A stretch of DNA of 48,302 bases from a virus (Duplodnaviria; Heunggongvirae; Uroviricota; Caudoviricetes): the IMG/VR virus record IMGVR_UViG_3300045988_153358; one strand, given 5' to 3'. The translations under genes were made by a program, and so were the position numbers. Shown here one piece after another: positions 37,296-44,924 of the stretch (position 1 is the stretch's first letter; every line of letters starts with the position of its first letter). The notes under the pieces are model-generated. The model searched no databases and was not told the origin of the DNA. It saw only the letters and a list, made by a program, of their open reading frames with translations.

Positions 37296-37484
37296 ATGAT
37301 GCGTAGAAAAGCGAGTTTGCTGCAAGCTGTTGGGTCCATTATTTCTTTGTTTCCGGCAGTTGATCATTTTCGTCATATGGCGACACGTTCCAGTATGGGC
37401 TTAGCGCGTGATGCTGACGCTATTCGAAAGGATTTTCAGAAAGTCTCTGGCGTTGATAAGAGAGAAAAGAGTAAGGGGCCGTAG
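37296..37484 (+). CDS. possible small protein (62 aa)
   Basis: ATG with GGTGGA upstream; stop lies in the hairpin 37473-37490. Confidence 0.3.
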   Translation: MMRRKASLLQAVGSIISLFPAVDHFRHMATRSSMGLARDADAIRKDFQKVSGVDKREKSKGP

Positions 37485-37494
37485 CCCCTTGTAG

Positions 37495-38694
37495 TTATGG
37501 TCTGCTCTTCTGTGCCAGCTTATCAGCACATGTTTTTATCAGATCCTGTAGTGTCCTGGCTGGCAGGTTTGCATCCAGTACGCTGAGTATGCTGTTGTGA
37601 TCTGCTTGGTCGACTACTTTGCCTGTCGGTGGTAGTAGCTTGAGCTGAGGATTCAGGTTTTCGTCAAAGCTGATAAGTGCTCTGGCGTTTCTGAGCAGAT
37701 CAAGAAGTAAGGCTGATATCACATTTTCCTGAGTCATTGCTGACAGATTTAGCGCCGCTTTGGTTTTCCCTGTTGCCTTGTCAAACTCCTTGATTAGTTC
37801 CTTCCTGTAGTTCGGTTCCGTTAATAGCCGATTATGCTCTGTTGCCGCGCGGATAATCGTTTTTTCCTGGTACAGTCGTTTAGCCAGATCACGCTCGTAC
37901 TGTGTTTTTAACACGCTGCTGATAGCGTTAAAGGCTTCAATGTAGGCCAGCTTGATATCTTTCACGCCTGGACCGTCGATACTTTCCATGAGCAAGGTAA
38001 ATCCGTCTTTTGTCATGCGATAGATTGTTATTTCGCGGTCGCTTCCTTCCAGCGGTCGTTGCTCTTTAAAGAAATGACGTGCCGCAGCTGTGCGAGGAAT
38101 GCGTAACGCATCGATGGCCATAACGATGGAATTGTTTGTGGTGCTGAATGCCTGGGCAACATCGGCTGAGGTTGTGAGTGGCTCGTTGTTGCACACCTTA
38201 ATGTAAAACATCGGTTTGGCGTTGAGCGTATCGACAACCTCACGAGCATTGTTTGGCGAGACGGTTACGGTCGCGGCCGTTTGTGTGTTCTGGCTGAAAT
38301 AGCAGTCTTCCAGCCGTTCGAACACATCCCAAGCCTGATCGGTTTCAAGCATTTTGGCGTGACGTGCAGCCCCGCGTTCTGTCCAGAGAATGAGGGAGCG
38401 GGCTTTCGGGGAAATTTGTAACCCTCTTAAAGATGGTTGCACATTTTGTGAGTTACTTAAAGTAACCCGCAAATTTTGTGAGTGACTTAAAGTCACTCGC
38501 AAAGTTTTTAACTCATCGCCAGCCACTTTGAAAAAATGCTTTCCTTCAATAAAGCGGTTTGCGTTACGTGAGTAATTTTTTTTGATGTTATCAACGTCTG
38601 TGCCGTATAGCTTTGCCAGTAGTTCAGTAGTGATAACGGGGATCTGGTTATGCAGGATAGGCTGTAGGGTGTTAACGGTCGGAAGCGTTTTCAT
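37495..38694 (-). CDS. antirepressor-like protein (ORF6N/KilA-type N-terminus, Rha-like C-terminal part)
   Basis: ITTELLAKLYGTDVDNIKKNYSRNANRF motif; downstream of a small overlapping ORF and structured RNA region. Confidence 0.65.
   Translation of the reverse strand: MKTLPTVNTLQPILHNQIPVITTELLAKLYGTDVDNIKKNYSRNANRFIEGKHFFKVAGDELKTLRVTLSHSQNLRVTLSNSQNVQPSLRGLQISPKARSLILWTERGAARHAKMLETDQAWDVFERLEDCYFSQNTQTAATVTVSPNNAREVVDTLNAKPMFYIKVCNNEPLTTSADVAQAFSTTNNSIVMAIDALRIPRTAAARHFFKEQRPLEGSDREITIYRMTKDGFTLLMESIDGPGVKDIKLAYIEAFNAISSVLKTQYERDLAKRLYQEKTIIRAATEHNRLLTEPNYRKELIKEFDKATGKTKAALNLSAMTQENVISALLLDLLRNARALISFDENLNPQLKLLPPTGKVVDQADHNSILSVLDANLPARTLQDLIKTCADKLAQKSRP
38443..38502. repeat. two tandem 30-bp dyad-symmetric repeats inside the antirepressor gene
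   Basis: ATTTTGTGAGTTACTTAAAGTAACCCGCAA then ATTTTGTGAGTGACTTAAAGTCACTCGCAA; arms GTTAC/GTAAC versus GTGAC/GTCAC. Confidence 0.8.
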
Positions 38695-38882
38695 TTTGCA
38701 CCTCCCATAACTACTTTGGTTACGAGGGAGATTTTTGCGTCAGAAACAGCGTTATCGTTGCTGGCGATGCGCATAGCTTCGCGCTCGATGATTTCAGCCA
38801 GGCGGAATTTATCGGCGTATGAGGCTTTCTTGAGAAGGATCTTTACGAGGTTGACGTAATAGTCATGGGGTAGGTTTGTCAT
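38691..38882 (-). CDS. small ORF (63 aa) overlapping the antirepressor start; icd-like position
   Basis: 4-nt overlap with downstream gene; AGGGA Shine-Dalgarno. Confidence 0.45.
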   Translation of the reverse strand: MTNLPHDYYVNLVKILLKKASYADKFRLAEIIEREAMRIASNDNAVSDAKISLVTKVVMGGAK

Positions 38883-39046
38883 TGTGATGATTCCCTTAAA
38901 GGTTAAGGATACTCACCACCGTCAGGTTCCAATCATTGGGTGGTGAGACGTGCAGGGTTGGAACTACCGGACACAATGACGAACCGGCGAGTCTTACGAC
39001 TCCCCCGCACGCCCCACCATAATTTGGGTGTAGCAGTGCTTTACGC

Positions 39047-39150
39047 ATAAAAAAACCGCTAACGCGGTATGCGCCATTGTGTCTACGGGGTTCCAATCCC
39101 GACCGTAGATTTTGCTACGGCTCGGAAAGTGTCCACCAATGGCGCATTCA
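39047..39150 (-). ncRNA. candidate c4-like antisense sRNA (5-prime end not determined)
   Basis: minus-strand hairpin ACCGC-GUUA-GCGGU plus U7 at 39049-39068; stem CCGUAG/CUACGG; GAUUGGAACC element repeated in the leader at 38925-38936 and complementary to 38954-38964. Confidence 0.35.
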
Positions 39151-39638
39151 TGTCAATACGGCGGGATTTTAACAGAGACAACCACATAGCGTGGGTTTAT
39201 TGGTAGGCAGAAACAAAAAAACCGCCCTATTGAGGACGGTTCTTTCGTGCTGATCGGATTCGCGGTCCTTTCAGCATAACGTCGTTGTATAAACAACCAC
39301 GCAAGCACAAGCAGCAAGTTAATTTTACCCAAAAGGTAATAATAGTCCACTATTATGCTTCAAAAAATTGTGGTTCTTGTTGTGCCTGCAAACTCACAGA
39401 TTGTGGGTAGGTTACTGATTTTGTGAAAATAAACGAGTTTTTTCGTTTAATTTCTTTCCTATTACTAATCTTAAAATAATCGTAAAATACCTGTGGACCT
39501 TCCCGCCGATTCGCACCCGGGCACCGACTTTAGGGGAGGATTCTCCGTTGCCGTACATGCAAGCACAAGCAGCCGTGCTTGCTCTCGCGTTGTTTTCGTC
39601 GGTGGGGATGCCGTGAAACGGCCTGTAAGGGCCATACA

Positions 39639-39761
39639 ATGAAAAAATACTGTATGTGTATTTTTATCGTTGTTACTGGGGCTTTGTTTACGCCACATGG
39701 GGAGGGTTGGAAGATTACTGATAACGCTCTGAATGTGACGATAAACATTAGCAGCAAGTAG
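39639..39761 (+). CDS. possible small hydrophobic peptide (40 aa)
   Basis: AAGGG Shine-Dalgarno 8 nt upstream; translation MKKYCMCIFIVVTGALFTPHGEGWKITDNALNVTINISSK; strong terminator follows. Confidence 0.3.
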   Translation: MKKYCMCIFIVVTGALFTPHGEGWKITDNALNVTINISSK

Positions 39762-39766
39762 CGATT

Positions 39767-39790
39767 AGGCCCCTTCGGGGGCCTTTTTTA
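39767..39790 (+). terminator. Rho-independent terminator with UUCG tetraloop
   Basis: AGGCCCC-TTCG-GGGGCCT followed by TTTTT. Confidence 0.75.
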
Positions 39791-40010
39791 TGGTTGAATT
39801 TAAACGCTGGAGCGCTTAAGCCTTTCAGAACTGCTTCACGTACCCATTCTGGCCTGGTGGATAGCAGGGCAAATAAGCGACCAGCTTGCAGCCGTTTGAG
39901 GTCGGTTAGACGAGTTTTCAGTAACCGTGTATATTGTTGCTCGGACATAACAAATTCCCCTTGTTGTGTCGCGACGGCCAACAGTTGGCGCTGGAGGCCG
40001 TCACCTTCTC

Positions 40011-40259
40011 TTACTTCTGGTTGTATTGAGCCTTGAGTAACTCAAAAGATTTTGTCAGCACTTCTTTCAATGACATATCCATTGAGCTGGCGAACGTTTT
40101 GTACTCGCGTTTAAATTCAGGGTCGACGTTAAACGCCATTTGTGCCCCACCTGATTTGGTTCTGGTTGGCGTTTCAGTCGGGTCGAAAACCTGCGGTTGT
40201 TCGATCGATGGCGGTACGCCTTTGCTGTTCTTCTTTGGTGGTTTTGATGGTCCGGCCAT
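40011..40259 (-). CDS. ParG-like ribbon-helix-helix partition/centromere-binding protein
   Basis: 82 aa; disordered basic N-terminus, C-terminal RHH-like segment; adjacent to ParA. Confidence 0.55.
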   Translation of the reverse strand: MAGPSKPPKKNSKGVPPSIEQPQVFDPTETPTRTKSGGAQMAFNVDPEFKREYKTFASSMDMSLKEVLTKSFELLKAQYNQK

Positions 40260-40302
40260 GTGTATCCCCTCTTATATAAATCTATAAATCTATAATTATA
40301 TA
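40260..40302. promoter_or_regulatory. AT-rich repeat motif between parA stop and parG start
   Basis: tandem TATAAATC units; same motif family as other intergenic sites. Confidence 0.5.
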
Positions 40303-40956
40303 TTACGCGGCAGTAGTCAGAGCCTCAAGCTGGTTGATAATCCCCTGAATAACGTCGTCTGCCTTTTTGCGTGGCGCAACGTATGAGCATTCAATGAGGC
40401 TTAAGCCCTTATCCTGAGCTTTGCTCAGAGCTGGCTTGTGGGGAATGTACTTATCGACAACAAAGTATGGCGTATTAGCCAGGTACTCTTGGGCTTCAAT
40501 GTAGTCGGCTTCGTTTTCAGCCGCGCCTGAGAACACCATGCAAATTTTCTTGATTGGCACACCCTTTTTAACGATGCCGTGAGCTGTGTTAACGGTGGTT
40601 TCTAGGTCATCGGTAGAGAATCTGGTTGGCAAAATAACCATATCCAGAAATTCAGAGAGCTTCGGTACTGATTCAGATGCGTAGGCACCGCCATCGACGA
40701 TAACCAGGTCGTATACTTCTGATTCGATGATTTTCTGGACTTGTGATGGCGTGCCGCACGGCTGCGCCGCGATTGCAGGTTCGATATTGTTGGCCATTCT
40801 GCGTTGTACCCAACGCGTTACCGTTCCGTTAAGCACATCCATATCGATCAGGCATACATTCCAGCCGGCCTTTGCATAAGCAACTGCTAAAGCACGGGCA
40901 ATTGTTGATTTGGTTACGCCGCCTTTTCCGTTGAAAATACCTACAGAGATAGTCAT
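40303..40956 (-). CDS. parA: ParA/MinD-type partition ATPase
   Basis: deviant Walker A GIFNGKGGVTKST; start at second ATG chosen because of GGAG Shine-Dalgarno. Confidence 0.8.
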   Translation of the reverse strand: MTISVGIFNGKGGVTKSTIARALAVAYAKAGWNVCLIDMDVLNGTVTRWVQRRMANNIEPAIAAQPCGTPSQVQKIIESEVYDLVIVDGGAYASESVPKLSEFLDMVILPTRFSTDDLETTVNTAHGIVKKGVPIKKICMVFSGAAENEADYIEAQEYLANTPYFVVDKYIPHKPALSKAQDKGLSLIECSYVAPRKKADDVIQGIINQLEALTTAA

Positions 40957-40974
40957 TTGTCGAGACTCCATGTG

Positions 40975-41080
40975 TTTGGTTATATAATTCTATAAATCTA
41001 TATTTATAGAACGAGGTAAGCATAACCAACTTTTTGGCGGATGAAAAGCGTTTTATATAATTATATAAATCTATAATCAT
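40975..41080. promoter_or_regulatory. parA upstream region with two further copies of the AT-rich motif
   Basis: 40981-41010 and 41053-41077 carry TATATAATT...TATAAATCTATA-type elements. Confidence 0.5.
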
Positions 41081-41106
41081 GTAAGCGGGCGTTAGCCCGC
41101 TTTCAG

Positions 41107-41481
41107 TCAGAGGTCAGCTATCGTTGATATCAGTTGATTTGCTAGCTGTCGCTGTTTACGTGAGAGGGTGAGAGCAGCTTCTGAGCGGTCGCTAAGAGGG
41201 GTGTTTTCATCAAGAATCATGAGGCATACAGAAATAATAGCCCTGTTATATGCCATCAATGGCTGGCACAGCTTCGATATCGCTGGCACATCGTATTGTA
41301 AGGCCGTTTTGAGGCAGACTTTTTGTTCTGATGCCAGATGAAGGATAGATTCTATCCAGTCGATATCTTTCTCATTATCAATGATTTGGCATAACATACA
41401 CTCAATCGCTATGTTCAACGCTTGGATTTCGATTCCAGCAGTGATCAGAGTTTCGTTTTTATTGGCTGTATGTAATTCCAT
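41107..41481 (-). CDS. hypothetical protein (124 aa) between repressor and par locus
   Basis: ORF track. Confidence 0.5.
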   Translation of the reverse strand: MELHTANKNETLITAGIEIQALNIAIECMLCQIIDNEKDIDWIESILHLASEQKVCLKTALQYDVPAISKLCQPLMAYNRAIISVCLMILDENTPLSDRSEAALTLSRKQRQLANQLISTIADL

Positions 41482-41517
41482 GCGTAGCCTCTTTTATACT
41501 TTTACATGTTGTCAAAA

Positions 41518-41530
41518 CCACAAAATGTGG
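41518..41530. promoter_or_regulatory. operator-like dyad CCAC-N5-GTGG downstream of the repressor gene
   Basis: CCACAAAATGTGG, same pattern as the sites in the cI-cro intergenic region. Confidence 0.45.
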
Positions 41531-41573
41531 TTTTTTTGAGCGTAGAAATGCACGGCTTTCGCCGTGCTGTGTA

Positions 41574-42230
41574 TCATAACCAGTTGACAACACTAACTAC
41601 GCGGCCAAGAACTTTATAACGCTTAAATTCCTCGTTATTCAGATGCTTAGTGTTCATTTCAGCATCCCTTTCGGTTGACAGCATAACAGCATTGTCACCC
41701 GGTATGACTCTACAGTGCCTCAAAACAACCAGGCCATTTCTGTCTTCAAGGGCATAGATCCCCTCATGAATCTCTGTATCGTCTGTATTAATCAGGACTT
41801 GGGAGCCAGGGGATATTGTTGGTGACATTAACTCATCGTTGCTCTGGAGAACTGACAGAGACGATGGGTTGATGTTCTTGCTTCGTAGAATCTCCTGTTC
41901 TATCGCCAGCACTGGCTTTTCTCCGGCGTGCGATGCTATGTCATTTTTTATAGCTACAAGCCCAGGAATAACAGGAGCGTTAGTATTCTGGGGTGGGAAC
42001 GGGTTATCTGTTAAGCACGCGATATAAGGCGCTGATGCTTTCAGGGCGTGCGCGATTTTCTTGATGGCAGGTATAGATGGTTGTCTTAATCCGGCCTCAT
42101 AGTTCTGCAAGGTGCTTAAGCCTATTCCAGTGACTTGCTGGAGATCTCCGGCAGTCATGCCGGATTGTTTCCGTAGAGTCTGAATGCGCAGACCTATTTC
42201 TTTCTTGATGTTCTCGTCGTTGCTTTTCAT
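41574..42230 (-). CDS. CI-like repressor (N-terminal HTH, C-terminal S24/LexA-like peptidase domain)
   Basis: HTH GMTAGDLQQVTGIGLSTLQNYEAG; S24-like C-terminal region; divergent from cro-like gene. Confidence 0.8.
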   Translation of the reverse strand: MKSNDENIKKEIGLRIQTLRKQSGMTAGDLQQVTGIGLSTLQNYEAGLRQPSIPAIKKIAHALKASAPYIACLTDNPFPPQNTNAPVIPGLVAIKNDIASHAGEKPVLAIEQEILRSKNINPSSLSVLQSNDELMSPTISPGSQVLINTDDTEIHEGIYALEDRNGLVVLRHCRVIPGDNAVMLSTERDAEMNTKHLNNEEFKRYKVLGRVVSVVNWL

Positions 42231-42404
42231 GTCTCATCAATCGTGAATGGTGGGTTATTTATACATTACCACATTTAGTGGTTTTCACATGGTAAGACGA
42301 GAGGTGGACCACAAATAGAAGGTTATTTTTTGTTTCGCCCATTGAAAAACTCACGATATGTGGTTTTAATACCACATATCGTGGTTTTGACTGGAGTTCG
42401 TTAA
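42231..42404. promoter_or_regulatory. cI-cro intergenic switch with three CCAC-N5-GTGG operator-like sites
   Basis: CCACATTTAGTGG 42269-42281, TCACGATATGTGG 42351-42363, CCACATATCGTGG 42372-42384. Confidence 0.6.
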
Positions 42405-42899
42405 ATGACCTTTCAGGAGTGGGTTGACGAAAATGGAGGCCAAATTGGTGTTGCCAGAAAGTTTGGCTTTACGTCATCACTGATTGGTGCCTGGTATCGC
42501 TTCGAGAGATTCCCTCGTGCGGATAACCTGACGCTGCTGGTGGCGTATTCGGAAGGCCGGATTAACGTCCAGCAATGGGCGGCAGATTTTGCCGAACGTC
42601 AGCGCCAGCGTAGCGATGGCACATCGGTTCGGCAGAACAAGATCAAAGGGAATCTCCCTGTTAACTGCTTATCAAGGCTGAAAGCGGTTTTCTCTGAGCT
42701 GGGGATGCCTGCGGAGCGTTGCAATCTACGCGGTCCGCGATTCATTGCTCGCTGGAAACACTCACATGTAACCGTTTCAGAGGTTCGTGATGCGATTACC
42801 GTGCTGGAGCTTAAGAATAAAGATTCCAGCGATATCGAGCTGATTCATAAGGAGATTAGCAACGCCCGGCGTTCAGCACTTGGGAGGCTTGAGGAATGA
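42405..42899 (+). CDS. Cro-like regulator with extra C-terminal domain (164 aa)
   Basis: divergent from cI; N-terminal Cro/YdaS-like region. Confidence 0.5.
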   Translation: MTFQEWVDENGGQIGVARKFGFTSSLIGAWYRFERFPRADNLTLLVAYSEGRINVQQWAADFAERQRQRSDGTSVRQNKIKGNLPVNCLSRLKAVFSELGMPAERCNLRGPRFIARWKHSHVTVSEVRDAITVLELKNKDSSDIELIHKEISNARRSALGRLEE

Positions 42900-43411
42900 T
42901 GATTCTGGCCTTCTTTGGTGATAATCACCAGATTCAATCGCAGGTGGTGCACTACCTTGATCAAACGATTAAAGGATTTGTTATCGATCATATTGATAAC
43001 GATAGCAAACGTCTATCTGTAGAGCAGAAAATTGGAGGTGTGCAGCGACTGGTTGCCAGCCGTAACAGACGTGACACCGTAACAGTCGTTACGGGGATTA
43101 CGGAGGTCATGGAGTACCAGATGTTGCTGCATCGTGGAGCTGTTTTCTGCGTTCTTCCTGGTATTCTGCCAGCAATTCTTGCTCGTGGTTTTGTCCCTAT
43201 TGATGAGTCGTTCTTATATGTAACCCCAAGCCGTTCCCTTCTGGATACGGAGGCGAAGCGTCGCATTTATATGATGCCGGACGAGGCATTTTCTGAATGT
43301 TACCGCCGTGAAATGAGGTTGGGTAAACGAGAAGTGTCTGTTGTTCGTGATGGCAGGTTTTTAAGAAGCCGCACGGTGAAAAGCACCAGAAATGACGGGG
43401 GCCATCAATGA
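42896..43411 (+). CDS. hypothetical protein (171 aa)
   Basis: ORF track. Confidence 0.5.
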   Translation: MMILAFFGDNHQIQSQVVHYLDQTIKGFVIDHIDNDSKRLSVEQKIGGVQRLVASRNRRDTVTVVTGITEVMEYQMLLHRGAVFCVLPGILPAILARGFVPIDESFLYVTPSRSLLDTEAKRRIYMMPDEAFSECYRREMRLGKREVSVVRDGRFLRSRTVKSTRNDGGHQ

Positions 43412-43641
43412 GTAGTTATGTTCGCGGTGCTGCGATGCATTGCCAGAATCCCCAATTCTGGCGCTTTCTGGCCAGTAAAACAGGGAAGAACGTTTCAAAC
43501 AGTTCTGAGGCCTCTGTGATTCTGCGTGAGTTTTGCGGGATCTCATCCCGTAAAGAGCTGGCAAAGAACTACGCGGCCAGAAGCATGTATGTCCAGTTAA
43601 TCAACGAGTTCAACCTCTTTATCAATGGTAAGGGGCGCTGA
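43408..43641 (+). CDS. hypothetical protein (77 aa)
   Basis: ORF track; overlapping start/stop. Confidence 0.45.
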   Translation: MSSYVRGAAMHCQNPQFWRFLASKTGKNVSNSSEASVILREFCGISSRKELAKNYAARSMYVQLINEFNLFINGKGR

Positions 43642-44045
43642 TGAACGGACGTACACCAACGAAGAAAGAGAAACTTTATATACAAGCGGTGCTCACTCAC
43701 GTGGGTTGCATAGCTTGCATTATTGATGGCCGTGAAATTGAGAATCCAGAGCTGTGGACGGAGCTACATCACGATCCTGATTACGGCAGCGTTGATGAGA
43801 ATTGCCACTTCCATAGCTTTGGGTTGTGCGCACCACATCATCGCGGTGTTGTGCCTGGTGGTGGGCGTGTGCCTCCGCATATTGCCGTTCGTCACCCTCC
43901 CCTGAGTAATTGTGCTCGCTTTGTTGAGCGTTATGGCACAGATGAATTTTTGTGTGCGCAGACGTGGGAGCTGTTGCCGCAGTCAGTTAAAGACGAAATT
44001 GGGTTTGATCTTAGTCTTGGTGAAGTACCAGGGGATACCAAATGA
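43641..44045 (+). CDS. hypothetical Cys/His-rich protein (134 aa), possible metal-binding nuclease-like
   Basis: clustered Cys and His (CIACI, CHFHSFGLCAPHH). Confidence 0.45.
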   Translation: MNGRTPTKKEKLYIQAVLTHVGCIACIIDGREIENPELWTELHHDPDYGSVDENCHFHSFGLCAPHHRGVVPGGGRVPPHIAVRHPPLSNCARFVERYGTDEFLCAQTWELLPQSVKDEIGFDLSLGEVPGDTK

Positions 44046-44374
44046 GATATACCGGCTTTCGCAAACCAGCGACAAGGAAAAGCAAATACGGCAATAAAAA
44101 AACGGTTGTCGATGATATCGCTTTTGATAGCAAAAAAGAGGCTGATTACTACTGCGAACTGAAGCTACTGAGAAAAGCTGGCCGCGTTGTGACGTTTCTT
44201 ATGCAGGTGCCTTTTCATCTGCCAGGTGGTGTCGTTTATAAACTTGATTTCATGGTGTTTTATGACGATGGGACGATTGATTGTGTCGACACTAAAGGTG
44301 TGCGAACAGACGTCTACATCATGAAGAAAAAGCAGGTAGAGGCGCTTTATCCCGTCACGATACGGGAGATCTGA
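44042..44374 (+). CDS. DUF1064-like phage protein (110 aa)
   Basis: N-terminal KYGNKKT...DSKKEADYYCELKLL pattern recalled for this family. Confidence 0.5.
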   Translation: MRYTGFRKPATRKSKYGNKKTVVDDIAFDSKKEADYYCELKLLRKAGRVVTFLMQVPFHLPGGVVYKLDFMVFYDDGTIDCVDTKGVRTDVYIMKKKQVEALYPVTIREI

Positions 44375-44377
44375 ACA

Positions 44378-44755
44378 GTGAGACGCGATCTGGATAGCTT
44401 GTTTGAGCTATGGGCGCTGTGGGTGCGCAATGGCTGCAACGCCCGTAGCGGTTTCGCGTCGATGTTAGAAATGATGATGGTTACGCGCTGCCAGTTTACC
44501 GGAGGGGGCGGCGCACCAAATGACTCACTGGAAACCAGTATAGAGGGAGCGGTGACGGCCCTCACGGTAGTTGATGAGACTGCGGCGCTGGTTGTCCGAA
44601 TTGAATACGGGGCGTGGGAGATTCGGGGCCTCGACATAAATGCACCGCATATTGATAAAGCCCACGCCCTTTCTCTTAGCCTCAGACAGTATCGCCGGAA
44701 GCTGGCAAAAGCCAGGGCGTATGTTGTCGACTATTTGAAAAAGCGAAGAGAGTAA
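44378..44755 (+). CDS. putative late-gene regulator, antitermination Q-like (PF06530-type), GTG start
   Basis: LFELWALWVRNG and downstream pattern resemble recalled Q-like family; lies directly upstream of cassette copy 3. Confidence 0.45.
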   Translation: MRRDLDSLFELWALWVRNGCNARSGFASMLEMMMVTRCQFTGGGGAPNDSLETSIEGAVTALTVVDETAALVVRIEYGAWEIRGLDINAPHIDKAHALSLSLRQYRRKLAKARAYVVDYLKKRRE

Positions 44756-44807
44756 AAGTGTCATTTTGAGCTGTTTTGATGGTGTGTAGACATCGGGAAC
44801 ATCGAAA

Positions 44808-44924
44808 ATCTATAAATATATAATTATAGATTTATATAAAAAGTGCTTTACAGGTGGGAAAAAATTTCCTATGGTTATACCCGAAACCGAGCGATACCCG
44901 CCCTGGTTAAACCGGAGAAATCTG
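44808..44924 (+). promoter_or_regulatory. promoter-leader cassette copy 3
   Basis: about 100 nt identical to copies 1 and 2, diverging only in the last 6-7 nt before the ATG. Confidence 0.7.

Noticed and set aside
37014-37376. 120-aa minus-strand ORF
   Set aside because: Proline/serine-rich low-complexity translation across a G-tract region, with no start context.
38896-39757. Multiple 60-75-aa ORFs on both strands between the antirepressor and par regions
   Set aside because: They run through intrinsic terminators and strong stem-loops and overlap each other in several frames; the region is better explained as regulatory RNA. Only the 40-codon ORF at 39639-39761 was kept, as a low-confidence candidate.
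44871-44924. ORF-track start of the 373-aa ORF at 44871
   Set aside because: That start lies inside the conserved promoter cassette (the TATGGT element). The ATG at 44925 sits where the other two cassette copies place their start codons.
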